From Escherichia phage vB-Eco-KMB40, in the sequence record OR539220.1: DNA of 64,000 nucleotides; one strand, 5' to 3'. Made by a program: the position numbers and the translations under genes. Positions 27,061 through 36,291 of the stretch are shown one piece after another. The notes below the pieces were generated by a model that was given only the letters and a program-made list of their open reading frames with translations, was not told where the DNA came from and did no database searches. How positions within the stretch are numbered: position 1 is the stretch's first letter; each line of letters starts with the position of its first letter.

Positions 27061-27090
27061 ATTATACCACAGTCAAGAGGAAAAGTAAAC
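27061..27090 (-). promoter_or_regulatory. T4-type early promoter (-35 GTTTACT, -10 TATAAT)
   Basis: Minus strand GTTTACT-N17-TATAAT upstream of regB. Confidence 0.6.
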
Positions 27091-27092
27091 AG

Positions 27093-27371
27093 TTATTCTT
27101 TAAATCTAATCAATTTATTCATAGACTTTGAAACTTCTGCACGAACCTCATGTAAGTTTTTAAGCTGTTCAAGACGCTGCGTATAGTAAGCAATTTCATC
27201 TTCTTCGAGACAGTCCTGTGAATCTTCTTTAAGATAACGTGCATAGTCCTGGAAAGCTTTACGGACTACTTCCTGGAAGTCATCAAGACTTTGAATTTTC
27301 TTAGGAGCGACAGATACACGACGAGGTGCAGTATAATACTCATAACCAAACCCTGCGCTTAATTGAGCCAT
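27093..27371 (-). CDS. hypothetical protein (92 aa from ATG at 27371)
   Basis: Track ORF trimmed to ATG abutting upstream stop. Confidence 0.4.
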   Translation of the reverse strand: MAQLSAGFGYEYYTAPRRVSVAPKKIQSLDDFQEVVRKAFQDYARYLKEDSQDCLEEDEIAYYTQRLEQLKNLHEVRAEVSKSMNKLIRFKE

Positions 27372-27637
27372 TAGTATTTTTCCTCTGGTTGGAACACTGC
27401 GCGACAAGCCCACATACTGGCTTCTTTGAGTTTCGTTTTAGCAATAGTTAACTGATCGAGGCTTTCGGCGTAATTCTTCGCGAGTTCATCATCTTCACAG
27501 CTATCAAATGCTTCCCAAAATTCATCGTATAAAGCATCAAAGATAAGTCCTAAACGAACTTCAGCGTCTTTAATAGCATTTACTTTACCGATTTTTTCGT
27601 CGGTATGTGGCTTATAACCTTTAATATCTTCAATCAT
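27371..27637 (-). CDS. hypothetical acidic protein (88 aa from internal ATG); occupies T4 vs.4-like position
   Basis: Position only; no motif visible. Confidence 0.35.
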   Translation of the reverse strand: MIEDIKGYKPHTDEKIGKVNAIKDAEVRLGLIFDALYDEFWEAFDSCEDDELAKNYAESLDQLTIAKTKLKEASMWACRAVFQPEEKY

Positions 27638-27851
27638 ATTTGACTTCCTCACCAGTACATAAATCGTATTCAACTAAACGAATAGGTTCATGAATGCCAT
27701 ATCCCTGAACAGAAATTTCTGTAGTAGGATAAATTCCATTAATATCACCCATGTTCCATGCTTCGTTAAATTGCTGTTCGCCTGAATTACTAAACCATTC
27801 GGCGAAAGCATTTAGCACATCTTCAGAACCTTCAATAATTATCTTTGCCAT
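27630..27851 (-). CDS. hypothetical small acidic protein (73 aa)
   Basis: ORF track; ATGA overlap with the glycyl-radical gene. Confidence 0.4.
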   Translation of the reverse strand: MAKIIIEGSEDVLNAFAEWFSNSGEQQFNEAWNMGDINGIYPTTEISVQGYGIHEPIRLVEYDLCTGEEVKYD

Positions 27852-28213
27852 TACAAACTCTCGGTAAAGGTACGAGCGATAACGTCGCGCTGCTGTTCCG
27901 GAGTCAGAGAGTTAAAGCGAACTGCATAACCGGATACACGGATGGTCAGCTGCGGATATTTTTCCGGATGCTTAACTGCATCTTCCAGAGTTTCACGACG
28001 CAGAACGTTAACGTTCAGGTGTTGACCACCTTCAATTTTAACTGTAGGTTGTGGCTCAATTTCAATTTCACGGGCATGCAAACCATAGAAAATTTCTGGG
28101 TCTACAAAAGAGTCCTCTTTAAAGGTTTTAGAGACAATAATTCGTGCTTGAATACCATCTTCAAAATAAATAGTACCTTTATGTGTGCCTTCAAGAATTT
28201 GATATGCTTTCAT
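27851..28213 (-). CDS. autonomous glycyl-radical cofactor (GrcA/YfiD-like; T4 Y06I family)
   Basis: 120 aa; C-terminal glycyl-radical signature [27 protein letters not shown]. Confidence 0.8.
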   Translation of the reverse strand: MKAYQILEGTHKGTIYFEDGIQARIIVSKTFKEDSFVDPEIFYGLHAREIEIEPQPTVKIEGGQHLNVNVLRRETLEDAVKHPEKYPQLTIRVSGYAVRFNSLTPEQQRDVIARTFTESL

Positions 28214-28220
28214 ATAAACC

Positions 28221-28547
28221 TCAATTAGAAAATAAATTTATCCAAGATTGTTCTTTAATTAAAAATGGCTCAGAATCATATGCCATTAAACTTTGGGTGA
28301 TTAGTCCTTTAAAAGGTCCATCAATAAATTCCATGGTAAAATATGGAATTTTATTCATTAACTGTGCGTTAGGAGCAGTGCACAAAACTCTGCATCCTTT
28401 GAATACGCCTTTTTGTAATTTGTATTGCTTGGGATAAAATTCGCTTAAAATGTTGTTATTTGCCAAAATTTCAAAATGATTTACCAATTTATTTTTAATA
28501 GTTTTTGGCGAAAAATAGAGATATTCGAAAAGCTGTGTGTCTGTCAT
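28221..28547 (-). CDS. hypothetical protein (108 aa from internal ATG)
   Basis: ORF track trimmed to remove overlap. Confidence 0.35.
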   Translation of the reverse strand: MTDTQLFEYLYFSPKTIKNKLVNHFEILANNNILSEFYPKQYKLQKGVFKGCRVLCTAPNAQLMNKIPYFTMEFIDGPFKGLITQSLMAYDSEPFLIKEQSWINLFSN

Positions 28548-29137
28548 TATTGCATTCCGATTACGAAAAACTGTGGACGAGTAATACCACCAATGCAACA
28601 TTTACTATTACAGCAGTAGTGTACAGTGTCAATATGGACGCTATAAATCTTATCCATATCAGGAGATTTGACAGGCTCATCAATTATATACAAAATTCGC
28701 GAAAGCGATAAACCTCTGAACTTGCTTCCTTTATTACCAATAAAACTGCGTACAGAATCAGTAAATAAACGAAAACGTATATCATCATTAGAATAACGCG
28801 AAAATTCCTTTTTAATGTTATTTGCAGAAATTTTAGCGTAAGCTGAAGTATTAGAAAGAACAATAACTGTTCCGCCATCATACAGCCAATTAGCAGCAAA
28901 GTTAGTCACAGCAATTGATTTACCGGATTGACGTCCACCATCTATACGAAGTGTGCAGTACTGTTTGAGCACATCTTCCATTGGTGGAAGATAATCATTC
29001 TTACAAAGTTCTTCTACTCTAGCATCAGAATGGTGTGTAAAAGCATTCATCAGGGATAGATAAGGTCCGGTTAAAAATGTTCTCATGTTATTTCTCTTAA
29101 GGTTTTTGGGCCATTCCGTGGCGCATGAATTGTCCAT
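28547..29137 (-). CDS. hypothetical protein with possible P-loop (GGRQSGKS); start uncertain
   Basis: Walker-A-like motif; 5' end lies in GC-rich intergenic stretch. Confidence 0.35.
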   Translation of the reverse strand: MDNSCATEWPKNLKRNNMRTFLTGPYLSLMNAFTHHSDARVEELCKNDYLPPMEDVLKQYCTLRIDGGRQSGKSIAVTNFAANWLYDGGTVIVLSNTSAYAKISANNIKKEFSRYSNDDIRFRLFTDSVRSFIGNKGSKFRGLSLSRILYIIDEPVKSPDMDKIYSVHIDTVHYCCNSKCCIGGITRPQFFVIGMQ

Positions 29138-29230
29138 TTCTGTATTTACCCATTACCGCACTCAGGCTCGACCTTATTACAGGTTGGCGGGAATCCCTCA
29201 TAGAATCATGAGGTCCAGGCTGTTCCCATA

Positions 29231-29704
29231 TTATTTGAACGATTTAACGTACTGAATAGAACCTTTACTATTTACAAAGGCAATTTTACCATTTTTATTA
29301 TACATGGTAGCAGTACGTTGATAACCATAAGTTTGTTTACCAGATTGATAACCAACTAATGCGAAATTATCTTCGCCCATTTTATTCTGTTTAGCGCGAA
29401 TGCGTTCATGACCATGTGCCATAAGAACCTTAGCATCACCGGTTGCAATGGATCGACGAGTTTTTTCATCTTCAACTGTATTAACAAAGTCGTCAAATGA
29501 ATCAAATTTAGCATGTGATTTATTATACAGTTTTCCATCTACTGCATAATTATATCCCTGTACATCCATCTCAACTTCTGTACCATCATCCAATACAGCA
29601 GTGATTTTTTGACCTTTTTTAAATTTCAAAAGATCAGTAAAAGATTCAGCAATAATTTGAGAATTAATAGCTGCTTCAGTGATAAATTCTTGATATGTTT
29701 TCAT
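29231..29704 (-). CDS. internal-protein-like head protein with capsid-targeting N-terminus (157 aa)
   Basis: N-terminus MKTYQEFITE matches T4 IP capsid-targeting consensus MKTYQEFIAE; basic mature part. Confidence 0.6.
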   Translation of the reverse strand: MKTYQEFITEAAINSQIIAESFTDLLKFKKGQKITAVLDDGTEVEMDVQGYNYAVDGKLYNKSHAKFDSFDDFVNTVEDEKTRRSIATGDAKVLMAHGHERIRAKQNKMGEDNFALVGYQSGKQTYGYQRTATMYNKNGKIAFVNSKGSIQYVKSFK

Positions 29705-29713
29705 ATGTTTCCT

Positions 29714-30130
29714 TTAAATGTAAATATTTTTACCGTAATACTTATACCAATGTGGTTTCATTAAAATTTTTTCATCAAGTCGTTGTTGACTCAATTTAAT
29801 AGCTGATTTGCATGGATTATAATCATTTTTCCATTCTACTGGAATATCGCTGATGTCAGGAACTTCAGTATCTTTTATACTGAACCCTCGTTTTAAGCAT
29901 TCCGTTATAATGTCTAATTGACGCTTTCGCAAAAATTCTAACTTATCGTAAAAGAACGTAACATGACCAGAACCTAAAATAAACTCGGAAGATATTTTAA
30001 AATCTTTAACGCGCTTACCGTTTGCCACATGCTTACGAACTATACCAAAAACACGTGGCAATTCACGATATTCTGCAATTAAATGCTGATCAGTAAGTTC
30101 AGATACTAAAGTCAAATTAATACGAGTCAT
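29714..30130 (-). CDS. denV: endonuclease V (pyrimidine-dimer DNA glycosylase)
   Basis: 138 aa; N-terminus [12 protein letters not shown]...[11 protein letters not shown] as T4 endo V. Confidence 0.92.
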   Translation of the reverse strand: MTRINLTLVSELTDQHLIAEYRELPRVFGIVRKHVANGKRVKDFKISSEFILGSGHVTFFYDKLEFLRKRQLDIITECLKRGFSIKDTEVPDISDIPVEWKNDYNPCKSAIKLSQQRLDEKILMKPHWYKYYGKNIYI

Positions 30131-30154
30131 TTTATCCCTCCAAGTAACTGTGAA

Positions 30155-30185
30155 TATACTATCACAATTCTAGGAGAAAGTAAAC
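30155..30185 (-). promoter_or_regulatory. T4-type early promoter (-35 GTTTACT, -10 TAGTAT)
   Basis: Upstream of denV with GGAGGG SD. Confidence 0.55.
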
Positions 30186-30189
30186 AACT

Positions 30190-30720
<531 letters not shown>

Positions 30721-31176
30721 TTAAAAGAGGCTGTTCATTATTCGGTAAAGTGAAGGACCCATCACATATTGCCACTGAGTACGAGGAATAAGAGCAAAAG
30801 CATCCATCTCTGGAATCATAACGCCATCTTTATTTTCAAAATAAGACTCGCAATGGCAATTTCTGAACATCTCATGCTCTACTGGAATCGTATAATAAAA
30901 TAACTGTAAGTCTTTATTACTAGAATATTTAAATACACCTAGGTCTTCTAGAAGGTCTGGATTATAATTGCTAAAACCAGTCTCTTCTAAACATTCTCTT
31001 CGTGCTGCATCTAATGCGCTTAAATCGAAATTTTCTACACGGCCCTTTGGAATATCCCAGCGATGTGCCATCATTCCAGGCTTACGAGAACCAGTAACCC
31101 GACCCATAAATAAATCTTTATCTTCTGTCATAAAGATAATACCAGCTGATAGTGTTTTCATTTTAATTTCCTGCAT
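30721..31176 (-). CDS. nudE: Nudix hydrolase NudE
   Basis: 151 aa; Nudix box GRVENFDLSALDAARRECLEETGF. Confidence 0.85.
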   Translation of the reverse strand: MQEIKMKTLSAGIIFMTEDKDLFMGRVTGSRKPGMMAHRWDIPKGRVENFDLSALDAARRECLEETGFSNYNPDLLEDLGVFKYSSNKDLQLFYYTIPVEHEMFRNCHCESYFENKDGVMIPEMDAFALIPRTQWQYVMGPSLYRIMNSLF

Positions 31177-31646
31177 TCAGTGATAAAGTTATTTAAATTT
31201 TGAGTATATTTCTTTTCATCAAAAATCTTTTGCTGTCTGCGTAAACGCCATGGCATTTCAATGAACACGCACCATATTCCTGATAATATTGCTGCTGTCA
31301 AAATATTAACAATCATAATTAAAAGAATCCAATCTCCTGTTCTGCCTATTGGACTTTCACCAAAGAAGCAAAATACAAATGATGACACAGGAAGACTAAT
31401 GATATACCACAGAATCATAATCTTATTTGTAAACCAATCAGCGTTCGTTAGCTTAGCGCGACCATTATGAATACACACAAATTTATCATCTGTTATAATA
31501 GATGGCTTAGCTGCTTGATATCCCATTCTAAACTCCCTAATCAACAAATTTTTCATATCTTCGGAACAACCATTCCAGTCAACTCTATTAACTGAAATGC
31601 CATCATCCCCATCATCTAAATCATACCAGCGAGTTTTTAAAATCAT
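31158..31646 (-). CDS. membrane protein (162 aa; C-terminal TM helices)
   Basis: ORF track; hydrophobic segments. Confidence 0.45.
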   Translation of the reverse strand: MILKTRWYDLDDGDDGISVNRVDWNGCSEDMKNLLIREFRMGYQAAKPSIITDDKFVCIHNGRAKLTNADWFTNKIMILWYIISLPVSSFVFCFFGESPIGRTGDWILLIMIVNILTAAILSGIWCVFIEMPWRLRRQQKIFDEKKYTQNLNNFITECRKLK

Positions 31647-32005
31647 TTAATTTTCCTGCAATCACTCACAAACTCTTCCATTGATTCTTTTTCAATATAA
31701 GACATGTAGTTGTTATATTCCTTTAATTGTATTTTGTAATCCTTTTTTCTTTGCCAATTTATTTTAAAATTATCATAATGAAAATATAACATGGTACCAA
31801 AGAATGAAAATAATGAAATAATTTTAGTATAGTGAAGTTCACTCCAAACTTCTATTATATTTACTGTGCCGTCAATGTTTAAAATAATACAGTCAATTAA
31901 CAATCCAAAAAGACTACCCGCAAGAGCTGCAGCCAACGCCACAGCAAAAATTAAAAATGACTCAGGAAGAGAATATTTGACTTTATTTAGTTTTGGCTTT
32001 TGCAT
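31643..32005 (-). CDS. membrane protein (120 aa)
   Basis: ORF track; two predicted TM helices. Confidence 0.45.
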   Translation of the reverse strand: MQKPKLNKVKYSLPESFLIFAVALAAALAGSLFGLLIDCIILNIDGTVNIIEVWSELHYTKIISLFSFFGTMLYFHYDNFKINWQRKKDYKIQLKEYNNYMSYIEKESMEEFVSDCRKIK

Positions 32006-32379
32006 CGTGATTCCTTAACAAATTTCATAATTTCATCAAATTCATGTGCAGCAAGTTTAAGCTGATGTTCCTTTTTAATCTTTTTACACTGGGCTTTCCA
32101 ATCACGTACACGTTTACGATAGTGTCTTCCTTGATACCAGTATCCCACCCAATTTACAGGTACTAATAAAAATGGAACTATCATTGGAAGAATTAGTGTT
32201 GACGCAAATATTATATTAGATTCAATATCAGTCATAACATCTATAACTATTCCAACCCCCAGTAGAATTACAAATGATACAGCTATTACAGGACCTATTA
32301 ATACATCAGTAGAAATTAGCTGGCGCTTTAATTCATACTTCAACGGTTTACTTGGAAGATACATTGATGGCTTTGACAT
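31987..32379 (-). CDS. membrane protein (130 aa)
   Basis: ORF track; two predicted TM helices. Confidence 0.45.
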   Translation of the reverse strand: MSKPSMYLPSKPLKYELKRQLISTDVLIGPVIAVSFVILLGVGIVIDVMTDIESNIIFASTLILPMIVPFLLVPVNWVGYWYQGRHYRKRVRDWKAQCKKIKKEHQLKLAAHEFDEIMKFVKESRCKSQN

Positions 32380-32956
32380 ATTCTCTACATTCCTTCACAA
32401 ATTTTTCTAATAATAAATCGCTTTCAAAATTGGGATTTTCCACAAATTTATCAAAAAGATCATCAACAATAGTTAAGATATTCTTTTTACTAAGAATACG
32501 CTTATTTTCATGCTTCGTTTCAGAATCAACTATAAGAGTAAAGAAATATTTCTTGCCCTGAAATTTTACAGTAGTATCAATATAGAATAAATTTGACTTT
32601 TGTAAATTACGTTTAAACCATGCATCACTTAAACTATAAACGCCAAGATAATCATAATCGTCGTTTAAATAACAGACCGTCCATTCAGGAGAAACAAAAT
32701 CAGTAAATTCAACGTCAAAATCGCATGTTAATGAATGAATTGATTCAATACTGTTAATAAGTATTCCAGGACGTATTAAAGACTTTTTACCTCTAGAAAA
32801 TCTTCCAGAAAGATTTTCATCAGTTTCATATGAAGAACCCCAATAATAATTACGTCCTTCTGCCATACGTTTAAGAGCATTTAATAATTGGTCTGGAACA
32901 TCAACTCGTCTTTGGAACTCTTCAAACATTGAATTGAAATCACTTTGCATTTTCAT
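32348..32956 (-). CDS. hypothetical protein (202 aa)
   Basis: ORF track. Confidence 0.45.
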   Translation of the reverse strand: MKMQSDFNSMFEEFQRRVDVPDQLLNALKRMAEGRNYYWGSSYETDENLSGRFSRGKKSLIRPGILINSIESIHSLTCDFDVEFTDFVSPEWTVCYLNDDYDYLGVYSLSDAWFKRNLQKSNLFYIDTTVKFQGKKYFFTLIVDSETKHENKRILSKKNILTIVDDLFDKFVENPNFESDLLLEKFVKECREYVKAINVSSK

Positions 32957-32997
32957 TCCTACTTACTCCAAGTAATAGGGGCCGAAGCCCCTTATCA

Positions 32998-33591
32998 TTA
33001 TTTCAGAGAATTAATGTATTCCTGAACATCGGCAGAGGTAGTTTCAACCCCAGAAATATTGCCATTAAAGGTTTCAACTCGGGCAAGAGTATCTTCAATA
33101 TCAACCTTAGTCAGTGCTGCAATTTCAACTACATCATCAGCAGTACTAATTCCAAGTGCATTTGCTGCACGAGTTTCACGGATATATTCCAATTTAACTG
33201 CAAGTTCTTGGCGAGCATCATCTAACTCAACTACTTTCTTGGCTATTTCAATTCGCATTTCAGCATAACCATCAGCTTTAGTAGTCAGCTGCTCAGCTGT
33301 TCGACGATATAGTAAACCGAGTTTAGCATGCATTGTTACATCTTGACCTTCAGAAAGGAGCTTGCGAATTTCGCGCTCTTTTGATTCGGCCTGCTTATTC
33401 TTTTCGACAATAAGTTCACGAATACGCTTTTCTTCGTTAATAGATTTAATGGAAGCAGTTTTTAGGTCTTTAATCTTATCAAGTAGTTTTGCTGCTGCAG
33501 CAGTATACTGTTCTTCAACAGATAGATTTTTAGCCATAACAGAACCAAGTTTAGTGCGAATAAACTCAACAATTTTCTTCAGTGTGTTCAT
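32998..33591 (-). CDS. coiled-coil protein, PspA/IM30-like (197 aa), tentative
   Basis: Long heptad-like helical sequence with weak PspA-like segments (ARQ...RAANA). Confidence 0.3.
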   Translation of the reverse strand: MNTLKKIVEFIRTKLGSVMAKNLSVEEQYTAAAAKLLDKIKDLKTASIKSINEEKRIRELIVEKNKQAESKEREIRKLLSEGQDVTMHAKLGLLYRRTAEQLTTKADGYAEMRIEIAKKVVELDDARQELAVKLEYIRETRAANALGISTADDVVEIAALTKVDIEDTLARVETFNGNISGVETTSADVQEYINSLK

Positions 33592-33633
33592 AGTATTTCC
33601 TTAGGTTGATTAAAATTAAAATCCACAGAAAAA

Positions 33634-34167
33634 TTATATCATGCTATTTAAGAGATGTAAACTATTTTTAATTTTACAAATTCGTTCAGCTTCTTCAACA
33701 GCGGCAGTGATAATGCTTTTAGCTATAGGAGTACTAATACTAGTAGCTTTTACACTTAACACGATTTCTTTATCTTTACCAGGCCAACCCCACGATTTTT
33801 CACCATGAGTGCCTTTAATTACAGCAGACACCTCAAGTGAGCATCCATTATCACATGTTTTTACATTAACAACCCAAGTGTCACTTTTCTCAACCGGTTT
33901 ATCCCAGTAAATATTGAGAATACGCGGGACATCAAATTTAGCAGGGCAAATCTTAACCGTAAGACCTTCGCTTTCTAGCCAATTAATAAGAGGACGTTCA
34001 TACATGCGGCGATGTGGGCTTTGAACTCGACAAGCCTTGTACCCATTGCTTGCGGCTTCACTAAGCTCTTCTAATACCTGCTTTTGCATTATTGATAAGA
34101 TACCATCAAAAGATTTTTCGGAAGTTTCATTCAGTTCGGTATAAAGAGACATAACAGTTTTCCTCAA
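33634..34167 (-). CDS. hypothetical protein (177 aa)
   Basis: ORF track. Confidence 0.45.
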   Translation of the reverse strand: MRKTVMSLYTELNETSEKSFDGILSIMQKQVLEELSEAASNGYKACRVQSPHRRMYERPLINWLESEGLTVKICPAKFDVPRILNIYWDKPVEKSDTWVVNVKTCDNGCSLEVSAVIKGTHGEKSWGWPGKDKEIVLSVKATSISTPIAKSIITAAVEEAERICKIKNSLHLLNSMI

Positions 34168-34208
34168 ATTATAGGCTCATAATATCTCAATCATGAGCCT
34201 ATGTAAAC

Positions 34209-34484
34209 TTATTTCATATTATTGAAATATTCTTCTGCGATTTCATCGTTATCATGGTAAACTTTAGAAGACAGTTTAACATAACCTTCAGCAGTGAACA
34301 TGTTAATCACAACCTTTACAGTATACCACTGACCATCTTCATTACCCATTACTGCGTAAGTTTCAAACATCGGATGATCAGGACCGATAACTTTAATATC
34401 ATTCACTGTACGACCAAAATCTTCTGAAACACATTTCATAAAGAAGTTGAACAGTTCGCCGTAATTATCCATTTCATTCTCCAA
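34209..34484 (-). CDS. hypothetical small acidic protein (91 aa)
   Basis: ORF track; own early promoter. Confidence 0.45.
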   Translation of the reverse strand: MENEMDNYGELFNFFMKCVSEDFGRTVNDIKVIGPDHPMFETYAVMGNEDGQWYTVKVVINMFTAEGYVKLSSKVYHDNDEIAEEYFNNMK

Positions 34485-34515
34485 GTTGTTTTCTGTATCA
34501 GTAGTTGATAGTTGT

Positions 34516-34545
34516 ATAGTACCATAGAAGAACAGGGATGTAAAC
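34516..34545 (-). promoter_or_regulatory. T4-type early promoter (-35 GTTTACA, -10 TACTAT)
   Basis: Conserved early-promoter repeat. Confidence 0.6.
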
Positions 34546-34677
34546 AGTTTTGTGAAAAATTTTTTAAAAAGTTTTGGGGAATTTTAGGGCAAGGAGGGGA
34601 AATCAAAGGATAGGATAATATATTATAAAGGGTAGAAACTAAATGATGCCTAGAGAGGCCTGGAAAGGCCTAGATAC

Positions 34678-34707
34678 CAAAAAGCCCCAACCTTTTGGTC
34701 GGGACTA
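34678..34707 (-). terminator. intrinsic terminator (GTCCCGACC-AAAA-GGTTGGGGC plus TTTTT on minus strand)
   Basis: 9-bp stem plus T-run; near-identical copy at 35238..35265. Confidence 0.6.
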
Positions 34708-34713
34708 AGAATG

Positions 34714-35187
34714 TTATTTGATTTGTTTAGCAGACCAAATGCGGTCTTTAATAATTTTTTGGATGTCTTCAACATACTCAAGAGAATGAGCATGTGGGTT
34801 ATCTTTAAAGCTATGAGCACGAGCTAGCTTTTGGCCTTCAGTTTTGATTACTAAAAGCTCTTTAAGGATAGCTTCATATTTGGAGATAATTCCTTTAACG
34901 ATATTTTTTTCTTGTGCGACTTTAGGATCTGCTTTAGGAGCAGGTTTACCCGAAGCCTTTGCAAAAGCAGCGCCAGTAGCAACTAAACTTTTCCAGGCCA
35001 TACTAACTGCATTTCCCGTAAATCCTTCCGCTTTCATGTCGCGTGCGAACTGGAATCGTGATTCATCAGAAGCATCTTTGTAAGAATATTTACCCGCTGC
35101 AATGGCTGCTTTTGCGACAGCTTGAATTTCGGTGCTAGATGCTTCATTTAACACCGCTTCATTTAAAAATTGAGTATATGATTTCAT
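34714..35187 (-). CDS. internal-protein-like head protein with variant capsid-targeting N-terminus (157 aa)
   Basis: N-terminus MKSYTQFLNEA resembles IP capsid-targeting sequence; Ala/Lys-rich mature region. Confidence 0.5.
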   Translation of the reverse strand: MKSYTQFLNEAVLNEASSTEIQAVAKAAIAAGKYSYKDASDESRFQFARDMKAEGFTGNAVSMAWKSLVATGAAFAKASGKPAPKADPKVAQEKNIVKGIISKYEAILKELLVIKTEGQKLARAHSFKDNPHAHSLEYVEDIQKIIKDRIWSAKQIK

Positions 35188-35237
35188 CTTATTTCCTGTT
35201 TTAATTCGTGGTTTTAATATACTACTATATTTATACC

Positions 35238-35265
35238 AAAAAGCCCCAACCTTTCGGTCGGGGCT
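35238..35265 (-). terminator. intrinsic terminator (GCCCCGACC-GAAA-GGTTGGGGC plus TTTTT on minus strand)
   Basis: 9-bp GC stem with GAAA tetraloop plus T-run; ends the tRNA/stable-RNA transcription unit. Confidence 0.65.
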
Positions 35266-35573
35266 AAGCCTTGCGGCAACCTTGTCGGGGTTCCACCTGC
35301 TAAGGCAAGTGTTTGTACGAAACGCCGGGATTCGAACCCGGTTATTAAGTAGTTGACGCTACTCAATATTTTTAAAAGGCCATATCTCGACCCATATCCG
35401 AACGTTCCGTCAAAAACGCTACTCGGCTTACGGCAAAGATATTTCCTCGAATCGATAATTCGGTGCGCCGTTTCTGCTGTGATAGTAAAGAGCCAGAACA
35501 CAGTAAAACTGTGGGAGGAAACTATACTCCAGGGAACATCAGTCCGACGACTTACCGGTAGCGACCCGGTTTC
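35266..35573 (-). ncRNA. GC-rich structured non-coding region; candidate small stable RNAs (T4 rnaC/rnaD-like)
   Basis: No convincing ORF; minus strand has canonical T-arm CCGGG-TTCGAAT-CCCGG and several hairpins; lies 3' of tRNA-Arg. Confidence 0.35.
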
Positions 35574-35924
35574 TTAGTATTCTTTTAAAGCATCAACCTG
35601 TTCACGACGTTTACGCCATAAATCAATTACTTCATACGCAGATTCAGCATTTCGAATTGGACGGCATTTATATAAAGACTTGTGATTTTGATATTGTGTA
35701 GATAACGGAATTTTATCTAAAAGGTCTTTACGTTCAAAATATTCGTAACCATCTAAACCAAATGAACGATTTTTGAGAAATTGCCAATGACCATATTCGT
35801 TTTCGACATAAACATAATCTGCATGCTGATAAAGCAAATTAATTAAGCGTTCAGAAATAACAGTGTCATTGTGATTAAAATAGAATGTTAAATCATGAAC
35901 TACTAAATAAACATTACCTTTCAT
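35574..35924 (-). CDS. hypothetical protein (116 aa) just 3' of tRNA-Arg
   Basis: ORF track; no motif. Confidence 0.4.
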   Translation of the reverse strand: MKGNVYLVVHDLTFYFNHNDTVISERLINLLYQHADYVYVENEYGHWQFLKNRSFGLDGYEYFERKDLLDKIPLSTQYQNHKSLYKCRPIRNAESAYEVIDLWRKRREQVDALKEY

Positions 35925-35942
35925 ATTTTCCTCACTTATAAT

Positions 35943-36018
35943 TGGTCGAGGCAGTAGGGATCGAACCTACGACCCAGGACTTAGAAGGTCCTTGCTCTTC
36001 CTTCTGAGCTATGCCCCG
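35943..36018 (-). tRNA. tRNA-Arg (anticodon UCU)
   Basis: Manual fold: 7-bp acceptor, D arm GCTC/GAGC, anticodon loop CTTCTAA, T loop TTCGATC, CCA encoded. Confidence 0.85.
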
Positions 36019-36022
36019 TAAT

Positions 36023-36098
36023 TGGGGTGACCGATGGGAGTCGAACCCATGACTACGAGAATCACAATCTCGAGTTCTACCAACTGAACTACGGCCAC
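36023..36098 (-). tRNA. tRNA-His (anticodon GUG)
   Basis: Manual fold: canonical arms, anticodon loop TTGTGAT, discriminator C, CCA encoded. Confidence 0.8.
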
Positions 36099-36212
36099 AT
36101 TAATACCTACTCCAACAATCAAGATGTCTTCACACGAAATTAAGAGAAGAGTGATCAGTTCAACCCCTATAATCGCGTCAAGTAGATATTAATGTGACAG
36201 TTGTCACAAATT

Positions 36213-36287
36213 TGGCGGACGTGATAGGATTCGAACCTATAACCAATCGCTTAACAGGCGATCGCTCTGCCATTGAGCTACACATCC
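36213..36287 (-). tRNA. tRNA-Asn (anticodon GUU)
   Basis: Manual fold: D arm GCTC/GAGC, anticodon loop CTGTTAA, T loop TTCGAAT, CCA encoded. Confidence 0.8.
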
Positions 36288-36291
36288 AAAT

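Noticed and set aside
35214-35501. 95-aa minus-strand ORF in the GC-rich region
   Set aside because: Lies in a structured, tRNA-like non-coding region bounded by a terminator; no SD, atypical composition; more likely RNA than protein
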